Assembly (NCBI GenBank): GCA_965285935.1
Contig: OZ260664.1
Coordinates: forward strand, 91,884,001-91,948,000
Source of the DNA: Ophelia neglecta
Taxonomy: Eukaryota
Length of the DNA stretch: 64,000 nt
Direction: 5' to 3'
The translations under genes and the position numbers were made by a program. Below are positions 1-10,549 of this stretch, one piece after another (positions within the stretch are counted from its first letter, which is position 1; each line of letters starts with the position of its first letter). The notes under the pieces are model-generated. The model searched no databases. It was given only the letters and a program-made list of their open reading frames with translations, and was not told the origin of the DNA.

Positions 1-2628
1 ATTAATTAATCATTCCCTCAAGTTAGGAATATGTACAATTTGATAAAGCTGATAACCCTGATCCTGGATGAACATTATCAAAAGGAATGAGTAATTTATA
101 TTTTGAATGCCTTTAGTTTACAATAACTACTGTGCACAACACCAGCCTTAATTATTGGGTTTACTATTAATTGTGTCTCATATACTCTTTTTCATCGTAA
201 AAATAATGCTGAACTGTCCTTTTGTCATATTTATTCACTATTTTTTACATGACTGTAACAATGTGTGTATCATCAACTAGTGACAAGCAAAACTCAGCTA
301 TTTCACAAAGTACCAGTGTTATATGTGTCGCAATGTCGTTCTGTCCTGTTTTGGTCTGAGTAAGCTACTTCAGGAAGGCCACTACTTAGGGTAAGTGGCT
401 ACGTGAGATCAACAAGAGTGGCTCATATCATATAATGTATTGATTTTGATTTTAGGGTAACGATGCATTGAGATCCCTACTCGAACTTTCTGAATACATT
501 GCCACTGAGGTCATTTTGTGTTCAACTTTATACATGAGGTGAACGACTTGTTAAGAGCGAAGACATTGTAGTTATTTCATTGTTCTTGTACTGTAGTGTG
601 GTTGAGATCCTGCCATTGTTAACACTGGCCCCCGGTATCGAATGCAGCAAGGACTATATATAGAGAGATCGATTGTTAAACTGTTAGTTTATTTGATAGT
701 TATGTTCAACTAGAACACCTAGTGCTAGTTAGAAGTGACTTTTACTGCAACTTAATCACGTGTAGACATTGGTTTATATAGTTTTTTATTCTTGTATACA
801 GTAACAAATTATATTGCCTATCGAAAAGGTTAGCTACAACAACATCCCAGCTTAAGTACATTTCTATCAATTTGCATGTATTGTGTGTGTAGATTCACGC
901 TAAAGATGAACTATGTCTTAAAAAACAATACCCACTTAAGAGGAATGAATAGAAGAAAGAGTTAGATTAGATACCTCGTTGTGTTTAAGTTTGCCTCAAC
1001 AGGTTTTCATATCAGCTACAACTTATTTGACCTAAACTTCCAGTTAGAGTTTGATAACAAATCTTTCTTAAGCAAATTTACTTGAATATTGCACAAATCT
1101 GAACCTATTGCGTCCCATGTCACATCGATTATTTAAGCTGTTAGCGGGCCTAAATAAAATTGATATGCTATACATTATTTAGATTAAAGGAGGTTGCTTA
1201 TGTATATGGTCAAATCCATAACACAAATACAGGACAATAACGTAGGTTGCAGGCGTTTAGTAATAATATTAGTTTAATGTGTAATAATAATAATCTCGCG
1301 GTTAAAAACATATGCACAACTTTGGATTGAGACTAGTAAAGCATTCGCCCGTCTAGTAAAATTTCATGGTGAACTATTGCCCCAAAACAAAATGGCATTA
1401 TATCTAGCAGACAAGCAGTGAAAGGCGATGTCGTCTGCTCAATGTTGGGAAGGGTGGTGGTAGGTGATTGGTGTTAGGGTAATCAGGTAGGGGTGTTACG
1501 CAGAACATTGAAATACAGAAACCACAGAGATATAGAACCGGGATCGAAGTTACATCACCCAGAAAATACAGAAAAATGTGCTACATATATAATACAAAAA
1601 AAAATACAAAACCTGCAGATTTAATACGGAAAAGACATAAGCTACTGCTATAATACACAAAATACAGATAGGGTAATAGGGCAGTATGGTTAACTAATGG
1701 AACATGCACAATGTTGATTGGCGCAGCTTTGTTTGCATAAAACCAATATGATAGCCAAATTTGACAGAAATGATATATTATTGGCATTATCAATGGATTG
1801 AGATATTTTGATTACGCTTCTTGTAATATTCATACACATAATAAACTTTGACGCCAAACAAATAGCACTTTGCACACATGGAATAGGATCTTCAGCCCAC
1901 ATTAGAATTAAGTACTGTTAATGAAGATTCTGGTCACATGGGGTTGCTATACTTGACAGGCTGTGGCGCACATGCACTCAACTCTAAATTGGGCAAACAT
2001 TTAGATTCTGAACCCCAAGATAATAAGCTTTTTCCCGGGGGGGGGGGGGGGGGGGTGAGAGGGGCAATTACTGGTGACCCATGGACTATAGGGACAAACA
2101 CTGCAAGGTATCAAAGTAGTACCATACTGATGGACGTCCCGTAACGCAGAAAATACATGAATGATACTACTTTGACTCTCCCCCTCTCTCTCTCTCTCTC
2201 ACTTTCTTTCGTTTTTATCCGTCTCTCTTCTCTCCCTAGCATGTAATTAATATTAATATTATGGACCTATTAAAATATATAAATTTGTCGTCTGGTTGAG
2301 CATTAAAATTGTCACTTTCATCACAATCAATTCATAACACCTATTCGCAAGCCTTCACTCAGTACTGTGCTATCAGTTGTACCGTCATGGGAGGGATGGA
2401 TATTTACATTGGTTTTTCAAACACTGGTAACGTATTCTAGTTGTCGCAGTAAATTTAATGTCATGAGAGAACAAGCGTTTGCTTCGAGGCCTTTATGTCA
2501 CCTAGCGGGTAGTGTATAGCTCTAGAGTACTTGGCAGCTCTCTATTGACACGTAGCGTTAGTGTTGAACGCGCTTGCCTTGTCAGTTGTCCCTGCCTGTA
2601 GCTTCCTAAGCATACGTAGGCCTATAAT

Positions 2629-2940
2629 ATGGCGTTTTTATGTAAACCAGTGGTACGTTCGTGGTTGAACACGGCCGTTGAACGCACTTTTCTCCGTGCA
2701 ATGGCGTCTATCAATAAAGAGGTCATACCGACACCAGACGGCTATTACCCAAACTTGATGTTGGTAAAAGGATCACCCCTAAACATACGCCCGGCGAAAT
2801 TAGAGGATTTTGACCGTATCCTCAATATAGACGCTAGTGTCGGGGCATATGACGCTGGGGACTATCTGTTTGGGAAGCTCAGCATGTACCTGAGAGAGCC
2901 CGATAGACTGGCCAGTGTGGCCGAGAGAGACGGGCAAATA
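2629..2940 (+). CDS. NAT16-like: NAT16-like acetyltransferase exon 1 (104 aa; basic amphipathic N-terminus)
   Basis: ATG at 2629; IRPAKLEDFDRIL..GDYLFGKLSMYLREPDRLASVAERDGQI, then donor GTAAGT at 2941 (phase 0). Confidence 0.85.
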
Positions 2941-3146
2941 GTAAGTACAATTACATCTTTAACAAATCAAATACAGAACACATTGGGATTTACTCATTAT
3001 ACTTACGGCCGGAGTTAATATATAATTGTCATACGCTTTAAATACGCCTATGCATTGACTGAAAGCCTGCAAAACAGTCACATGCCTGAACGATTTACTA
3101 GAACGTTGAAGCAAAAAGTTCTTTATAATAGGCGCATGTTTCTGGC

Positions 3147-3219
3147 TTTTGATTAAAAGCAGAAGCGCGGAGCCTTGCGGAGGTAAATCCCGAAAGTAGA
3201 ACAGAGCACTAGACCTATT
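3147..3219 (+). repeat. Dispersed repeat (Helitron/Helentron-like end with hairpin and CTAG)
   Basis: Near-identical reverse-complement copy at 23426..23498; contains CGCGGAGCCTTGCGG and ..GCACTAGACCTATT. Family assignment is inference. Confidence 0.5.
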
Positions 3220-3415
3220 ATATATATATACCTTTATTACCTCGCTTCCCGAGGAGTATTAAACGTGTACCTAACCTTCCCCTACTCCTGAGATGAATCC
3301 CCAGCCCCACCCATAAAATCGCTGACTTTGCATCCTGTCACTCTTGAAATAGCCATTTTTCTTACTCTGTTCTATCGTCTGCAGTTCAACGCTCGCTTGT
3401 TCGGTTGTGTATATA

Positions 3416-3585
3416 CAGTGGCGGATCCAGGATTTCAGGAAGGGGGGCCCATATTTTCCAAGGATGACAAGGCCAATGTCTGGATTTTCCCCGTTATCAA
3501 CCCTCAGAAACCACCTTGCGTGGGTCCAGAAATAGGCCCTGGTCCAGTCCCAATTTTTTGCAAAAACCCCCTGAATCCGACACTG
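3416..3585. mobile_element. 170-bp MITE with CAGTGGCGGATCCAGG-type TIRs in a TATATA site
   Basis: Left CAGTGGCGGATCCAGG, right CCTGAATCCGACACTG; TATATA on both flanks; homologous partial copies near 19068, 20767 and 22757. Confidence 0.75.
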
Positions 3586-4277
3586 TATATAGGTACTTAC
3601 GGGATTTTTATTTCCCGCTGCGTACCTATATATGTTCACTATAGCCATCCCCGGACATTAACAAGTGGAAGAGGCAAAGTGCAGAATTATTTGATAAATC
3701 AATCTAAAATACAGTTCTGCTTACGACCAACCAGCATGAGATCGGGATAATACCGCGATATTATCTAGACATAATCCCGATAATGTCGGGACCTGAACAC
3801 GACATTTTTTCGACCTATCTCCGACATTTGCCGACAATATCGCGATATAGCCGGCCCGGCGAGATCGCGATAATTCACTTGTCGGGCGGGTTGATAAATT
3901 TTTATAGCTCGATGATTTTTGACTAATTCATCGGATCCCTTAAACGTATAGCTTTTGTAATTTCAAATACAGCTAAGAAAACTAAATAACCGACTATGAA
4001 TTAAAAATATATTATTTATTGATATATGAAACGAATAAATGGCAGGACAGATATATATACTATACACAATCACAATCTACATCAATGGGAGATCTCCGTA
4101 GTCTGGGCCACATAAAACGAATTCAAATCTATACACAAATAAATATATACACTACACATAATCGTGCATGCGAGTCGATTAACTTTCCAATCCTAATTGT
4201 TGGGGGGCTTTCGGATATCCAGGCGATATCGCCGGTTAATGTCGTCGATGGTGGTTCTGACAAAACTTGTGGCCACC

Positions 4278-5648
4278 TTGTTGATTGATACCGAAGAGAG
4301 TTTCCAGGATATCATATTCACAGACGAGTCTACTTTCCAGACTTATGCCAATTACGGCAAATCACTTGTCAAGGTATTTATGATTAAAATAATCAAATGC
4401 AATGATCGGTCTTTGTCTAGATTTGCCAATATATTTCGGTACAATTTCCATGTTATAACTCGAATATCAATCTAAATTCAGCTTTATTATGTAACGCATT
4501 GGTCCACTTGCAGGTTACTAGTGTTGAGGACGGGAAGGTCATCAAGTCCCGGTTTTACGTGATCAAAGCAAAGAATTGCTTCAAGCTCCACGTGTGGGGA
4601 GTTATCAGCTGTCGAGGACCTACACGCTTAGCTGTTTTCGAAGGCATAATGAATGCAGAATTCTACACAAACACCATCCTAGACAAGGCCTATCTACCCT
4701 CCGTGAAGGCCATGTTTCCAGATGGATGTCGGATGTGGGCCGACAATGAAAACACACCAGCAGATTGGCAGCTGGACATCTTCAGGTAGTTTTTGCTTGG
4801 CATCATAAAAATGCATATTAAACTCTATTTCAGTCTTCAATTTAAATATGTGTGATTTGTTTGAATAAGTAGTCGAAAAGGTCACACCCGGTGGCACCCA
4901 TTTGTTTCACAGCTTCTCGCCTCGGAGTCGCACCTCTGTCTTTGTTTGCGCTTAGCACTGAGATCAATAGACTTCAAGTACCTAGGTGATACAAACTCAG
5001 TGTGCCTGAATCGACGGTCCTCTTGCATATTTAATCTAAAACTGAAAGTTATATTTCATTCAGGATCACAATCTACCCTGGTTTCGTAGCCCTGCGGAAT
5101 CGCCTGACATGAATCCAATCGAGCTAGTTTGGCACGCTCTCAAATACCGGGTGGCGAAAGCTAATGTTACTACCAAGGACGAACTGAGGGCGGCTATGGT
5201 CACAGCATGGGAGGAACACTTGACCGTCGCCCAATGTAACAAGTACATTGACCACATACCAAAGGTGAGGAAAATATTTGTTTTCTTCAGTTTCGCGCTT
5301 TGTCAATTGTGCTTATCCCATTTGGACATTGTGTAATTGACTAGCTCTCGATTGCCATTGTGATTGATGTTTGATGTCTCAGGCTCACATGGGCAATTAG
5401 ACTGGTGTAACATTGTGTAACGCCATTGTATTCGATGTTTGTGTTATTTACAAGTTGACGGCTAGCCGACGTAGCGGTGTCTCATGTGTGTATTTTCACC
5501 GACACAGCCAATTGTTCTAATACGCACACTTCAAATACAAATATATTACCGATGTACTTTTAATAAACGCTCAAATCTATATATTTCTTATGTTTTTTAG
5601 GTACTACCCAAGGTTTGTGAGGCAAAAGGCAGCTATACGGGATGCTGA
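4278..5648 (+). pseudogene. Intron-containing Tc1 DD34E transposase (exons ~4278..4373, 4514..4785, 5064..5264, 5601..5648); N-terminal HTH missing, 4-nt frameshift
   Basis: IIFTDES, HVWGVIS..G, WADN(dp)KHTS, SPDMNPIELVW and C-terminal VLPKVCEAKGSYTGC*. Three GT-AG phase-0 introns. Restoring 4 nt after GACAATGA gives exactly 34 residues between the second D and E. Confidence 0.85.
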
Positions 5649-5934
5649 GAATGCTGGCGAATAACGATGAATTACATAATGACAGAGTTGAATATAATGA
5701 ACGCAAATGTACTCTGTGCAAACACTGTAGAGGACGAATTCCATATGTTTTTTGTTTGTCCAAGGTTCACCAAACTTAGTTCTAAGTATTTATCGCCACA
5801 GTTAAGGTAGAGACCCAGCACATACAAAATGCTGGGGTTGCTAAATTCTGATAATAAGAAACATTTAAATAATTTGGCAATTTTTCTAAAGAAGGCTCAA
5901 AAAATCCACAAATCGACCATTTATACTATCTAAA

Positions 5935-6192
5935 CCCATGTACTTATTCGTCAGTGTATTATGAATAAGATAATGTATATTTATTTGTTATTTCATAATT
6001 CTTGTTCTTACTGTGCTGCTTGTCGTTGTGATCCGTTATTATCTCATTGTAATATATCCATGTTAATATAATGATTTGATTATACATGTAATTTTATAGT
6101 CGCATTCGGTCGTCAGGGAACGATAAAAAGGTGTACTCCTTTATTCGTGAATAAATCTATCTATCTAAAAATCTATCTATATATCTATCTAT
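5935..6192 (+). mobile_element. Probable 3' end of a non-LTR retroelement nested in the Tc1
   Basis: T-rich 3'UTR-like tract ending AATAAA followed by a (TCTA)n tail at about 6150..6192; 5' boundary uncertain. Confidence 0.4.
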
Positions 6193-7571
6193 CATCATTG
6201 TTATATGGGAATGTAGTACACATATAGTACATAGTATTGCATTTCGAATTGGGCGGCTGGGTATTGCACACGTTTTTTATCATGTGAGGGAATGCTACTT
6301 AACCGTATATTTATTTCCGGACCTGCATTCTCAGGAGAGTATAGCCTGTACATACCCTATGTGTTATATCAATAATGATTTATATTAGGAAACGTCTTTC
6401 GAGTAGTTTTTCGACAAACTTAGACTAGGCTCTGACTGACAGTGTGCTCCTGTGACTTCCGAGACACTAGAACACTCATCTCTTGCAGAGAATCATATAT
6501 TAAACGCAAACGTCGATAGTGAATGTGATTCTGTAAAGTTTCTAAAAGGAGGAAACAAATAAATGGTCCCCAAAAAGTACAAAAGTCTATCAACTAACTG
6601 GATCGGGACTTGAGCTGAGAGCCTGTCGTAAGCGGAGCAGACAACTTAGACCTGAGCTTACTTGACTAAGTATGACTATGGCAACATAAATATAACAAGT
6701 GGCCGGTAAATGAATCATATTCGAGTGCGAAGTCTTTAATTTGGCAAACATCATAGACAAAGTCTTTGCCAAAGATATTAGTTATTTATTGACAGTCAAC
6801 ATGCACATGATCTGATGCCTAGCGGTGTGTGCAAAATAAAAAATAATGTATCATATAGCATATAGGGAAACTCATGAAATACATTTAGGGCGATGCATTA
6901 AAGGAACTATGTTTTGTTTGCCAGTGATACACTGACGGCGGTAAAGCGGCACGATTTCGTGGATAGGGTCGCGACCTGGGTCGCGATATTATTGCCACAC
7001 TTTCACGATATTATCTCGATCTGTATCCGGCCTTTTTCCGACCTCTATACGACCTCAGATCGCGATATCACACTGGTTGGCCGTGAGCAGAACTGTATAT
7101 CATGATAGTTTGACACCCGCATTCAACTCAAGTGCTATATAGGCCTATTAACACGCTATCTGAACACAGCACGGAGGCGTGCAATTCATACTATAGCAAA
7201 TAGCTGCAAATTAGGGCATAAAGAGGGCAAAGGGCATATGTCACAAAGTTCATATTTTTATGAACGATAAGACAAACGCTCTTCAGTACAACGATATCGC
7301 ATTTAAATACATAATGCCAATCGTTGTTATGTTACATTATTTCTGATTAAAATGTATGTAAGAGAATAATTTCAGGAAGTTTGAGAGAGGAAGGGGGGGT
7401 TATAGAGTGGGAGTTGGCAGTGGCAGAGGTTTGTGTGGGTGTTTGTTCGTGGGGGGGGGGGGGGGGTTCGAAGGACTTAGCCCCATTATATTGGAATACA
7501 CGGCCGTTCCGTTTACATGAGTGGGTTTTTCAGCGCCGGGGTTTAAATGCAAGGGTCGTTTTTTGGCATAC

Positions 7572-7831
7572 TATAAGACAGTCCTTGTCTTATATTTGGA
7601 TGTTTGATGGTAGTGTATTATGTTATATTTTAGAGCATCGCCATATCTAAGTTACTTACCTAATAACGAACAACGTTTGAATTTAAAAGTGTTTATTCTA
7701 CTGTGTCGGTCTGTCTCTCTCTCTACATGCCGCTGGCCTTTATATATCAGACTTGGATTAACGTGATTGGTTGGGGAAGGGCGAGTTTTGTATTTACTGT
7801 TTTCCCATATAGTAGTTAATTGGTCGAAACG
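7572..7831 (-). repeat. 3' LTR (5'-truncated by deletion)
   Basis: Matches 10288..10549 with 2 substitutions and a 2-bp CT-repeat indel. Confidence 0.9.
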
Positions 7832-8302
7832 ACAATGTTTGGTCATTGATGATATTCCCTTAGAAACAAAGCCATTAAAAAAAATGACCTGCGATGTAAA
7901 CAGATCAATTTGCGCTTCCGTTAATGTCAAAAAATCCAATCCAAACAGTACGGGAATATTTAATTTTTCGAATACATAAAAGTCGAAAGGTATTATTAGT
8001 CCATTTAAATTTACATCAAGTTTATACCTTCCCAATATAGGTACGGGATCATGGGCAAAACCTTTAGCAATTTGTATATCTGATGGTTTAAGAGTAAAAT
8101 CTGGACCAACTATTTGCTGTAGTTTAGTATGTGATATAACTGTTAAATGAGAACCGGTATCAATCAAAACTTTATTTGATTTACTATTCAACTTTACAAA
8201 TATGTAATTACTGGTTAAAGGTACCGTTATTTTGGTATCTGGTCTATTTATTGTGTTTGTAGTTGGGTAGTCGTGGTCTAAGGAATCAGAGTCACATTTG
8301 TC
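7832..8302 (-). pseudogene. pol: Gypsy Pol N-terminus (aspartic protease), truncated
   Basis: VLIDTGSHLTVIS and LFGLDFL motifs; same frame as gag immediately after its TAG; ends at the deletion junction with the LTR near 7831. Confidence 0.85.
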
Positions 8303-10216
8303 CTATCTATTCTGCTGGGAAACTGATGTTCTTCTGGAAGATTTACACACGGATGCAAAATGGTTTAAGGCCCTGCATACATTGCATCTTTTTCCAAAGG
8401 CTGGACACCTCTGCGATTGAAAATGGCAATAGCCGCATCTGGTGCATTGGGGTTTTTGTTGTTGAAAGTTACTTTGGTATTTATTGCCTGTGTTATTGGT
8501 TTCGGAAGATCTTTGGTTTAGCCCTAGGTTACAACTATCATTATTAGAAGGGTACCTTTTGTTTGATTGTAGGTTAAAATATCTTTGTCTTCCATAGTTT
8601 GCTTGATTCTGGTATCTAGATGGGCTATCTTGTCTATTAGTAGGTTGTCTATTCATCGGGTTATTTGGTCTATTTATTGGGCTGTTTGATCTACTCCTAG
8701 TGCTTTTGTGAAAGGAAACCGTTTTCCGTGGTTTATAAGCAGACTCGAAGTTTAGGTTTGCTACAACTGTGCTCAATTTATCTAATTCTTCTCCAAACTT
8801 TTCTATTGCCAAAATCATACCGGAATCAACCTGGTTTACTGTATATGAATTTTCTGCTAGCTTCGCTGATTTCTGTATCTGTTCTATATTATCGTGTGCG
8901 TTTTGAATAACATAGGCACGTATTTGTGGGTGGAGGCCTTTTAAAATGATATTCTTTAATTCTGGGTCTTCTACACCGAGAATTTTTCCGTTGAACCTAA
9001 TGTCGTCTATAAAATCCATTGATGATTGCCCTTTTTCTTGTTTCTTTTGCCAAAGGTCTGATATATTATTAATCTTTTGTATTTCTGAGATTTTGTATCG
9101 GTCAATGAAAGCTTCTTTAACATGTGCGAACGTATCTTTCTTATCTTCGGGCAATTCGTCATAAAATCGGCTTGCGCCTTCGGTTAATAAAAGTGAGAAC
9201 GTATGTAATTTAGCATCAGCATCGAAATTTCTATATGTTGACCATTTATCAAAGTTTTTCAAAAATTCTGGGAGTGCGTGAGCGTTTTTTCCTGTGAATG
9301 GAGCTGGTTTACCAAGCATCCCCATTGAACCTTCAGCATGATGAGCCATTATTATGCGTTCTTGGTCGTTAGGTTCGGAAGAGATTTCAGTATCTGAATC
9401 GTTTTCGGAATATTGGTCTGAATCGTAATTTAATTTTAATTGTTTGGTAAGTGAGTATTTTAAAATTGCCTTCGAATAATCGGATTCCTTTATGAATTCT
9501 AGTAATTGGGTGTGTTTAGTATTAGGCTGTGAGAGTACAATTTCTGGATATTTAGTATCATGTGTTATGTGTGGAAAATTAGTGACTGTTAAATCAGGGA
9601 TAAAATCCCGTGGTTCTATTGGTGGTTTTATAGTGTCTTTAACTATGGTATCAGGGATAGTATCATGTGCTTCTGTTAGTGAAATATATTGTTGTTCAGA
9701 TGTTAGTTCAAAGTATGATTTATTTTTCAACTTTGAATTTAGATCGACAGTAGGACCATGCGTATTTTCATGCAAGTCTAGTAAAATAGATCTTGGAGTA
9801 GATGATATTGATTCATCTTTTGACTCTTGGGTATTATTGAATAAACTACCTTCATAGGAGATACATGCAGAGGATGCTATATCAGAATCTAAACTGTGTG
9901 AATCGGTTGAGGAGTTAGTATTAAAGGAAAAGTTAGAATAATCAGGTTTGTTAATTGTTGAATATAACTGCAATGTTTTTAGTGTGGTATTAGAATTTCC
10001 GAGGTCGGATATATCGTTTTGCGAATCTGCTGTTTTTCTTGTGGTTGTGGAGCTTAAATTAACCTGCTTTTTAGTAATTATTGATTTCTTTTTCCTACAT
10101 TTGGTTTCTCTATATGAAATAGGGTTCAAACGCCTTGGTACTAATCTCAAATTGTATCTTGGTTTTTCTTCATCGGATGACATATAAATACTATGGTGTG
10201 TAGGTTTATATAGCAA
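8303..10216 (-). CDS. gag: Gypsy Gag (long low-complexity N-terminal extension, capsid, two Cys/His knuckles)
   Basis: 637-aa ORF; PAPFTGK..LPEFLKNF..LLLTEGASRFY capsid signature; CTRCGYCH..C and CNVCRALNHFASVC (CX2CX4HX4C). Confidence 0.9.
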   Translation of the reverse strand: MLYKPTHHSIYMSSDEEKPRYNLRLVPRRLNPISYRETKCRKKKSIITKKQVNLSSTTTRKTADSQNDISDLGNSNTTLKTLQLYSTINKPDYSNFSFNTNSSTDSHSLDSDIASSACISYEGSLFNNTQESKDESISSTPRSILLDLHENTHGPTVDLNSKLKNKSYFELTSEQQYISLTEAHDTIPDTIVKDTIKPPIEPRDFIPDLTVTNFPHITHDTKYPEIVLSQPNTKHTQLLEFIKESDYSKAILKYSLTKQLKLNYDSDQYSENDSDTEISSEPNDQERIIMAHHAEGSMGMLGKPAPFTGKNAHALPEFLKNFDKWSTYRNFDADAKLHTFSLLLTEGASRFYDELPEDKKDTFAHVKEAFIDRYKISEIQKINNISDLWQKKQEKGQSSMDFIDDIRFNGKILGVEDPELKNIILKGLHPQIRAYVIQNAHDNIEQIQKSAKLAENSYTVNQVDSGMILAIEKFGEELDKLSTVVANLNFESAYKPRKTVSFHKSTRSRSNSPINRPNNPMNRQPTNRQDSPSRYQNQANYGRQRYFNLQSNKRYPSNNDSCNLGLNQRSSETNNTGNKYQSNFQQQKPQCTRCGYCHFQSQRCPAFGKRCNVCRALNHFASVCKSSRRTSVSQQNR

Positions 10217-10273
10217 AGCCTTGTAAGTCTACAATAAAATATAAGATGAGAGGTACTTACCTGTGATCCATTC

Positions 10274-10285
10274 GCATCTCCACCA
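10274..10285 (-). promoter_or_regulatory. Primer binding site complementary to the tRNA-Ala 3' end
   Basis: Minus strand TGGTGGAGATGC 2 nt after the LTR end; complementary to GCATCTCCACCA, a eukaryotic tRNA-Ala 3' terminus (from recall). Confidence 0.75.
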
Positions 10286-10287
10286 TT

Positions 10288-10549
10288 TATAAGACAGTCC
10301 TTGTCTTATATTTGGATGTTTGATGGTAGTTTATTATGTTATATTTTAGAGCATCGCCATATCTAAGTTACTTACCTAATAACGAACAACGTTTGAATTT
10401 AAAAGTGTTTATTCTACTGTGTCGGTCTGTCTCTCTCTCTCTACATGCCGCTGGCCTTTATATATCAGACTTGGATTAACGTGATTGGTTGGGGAAGGGC
10501 GAGTTTTGTATTTACTGTTTTCCCATATAGTAGTTGATTGGTCGAAACG
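10288..10549 (-). repeat. 5' LTR (shared portion; probably extends further right)
   Basis: Direct repeat of 7572..7831; separated from the PBS by 2 nt. Confidence 0.9.

Larger units (their letters stand above)
3712..7095 (+). mobile_element. Tc1-family DNA transposon (3384 bp), non-autonomous or decayed
   Basis: 23-bp TIRs CAGTTCTGCTTACGACCAACCAG (3712..3734) and 7073..7095 (21/23 match); TA on both sides (3710-11, 7096-97); internal DD34E transposase. Confidence 0.9.

Noticed and set aside
311-663. Exon-like segments with GT/AG signals near the window start
   Set aside because: Could not join them into a consistent stop-free frame; no recognisable protein.
3271-3750. Overlapping 125-140 aa ORFs (and similar ones at 18902, 19029, 20770, 22753)
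   Set aside because: They read through the non-coding MITE; frames are not conserved among copies.
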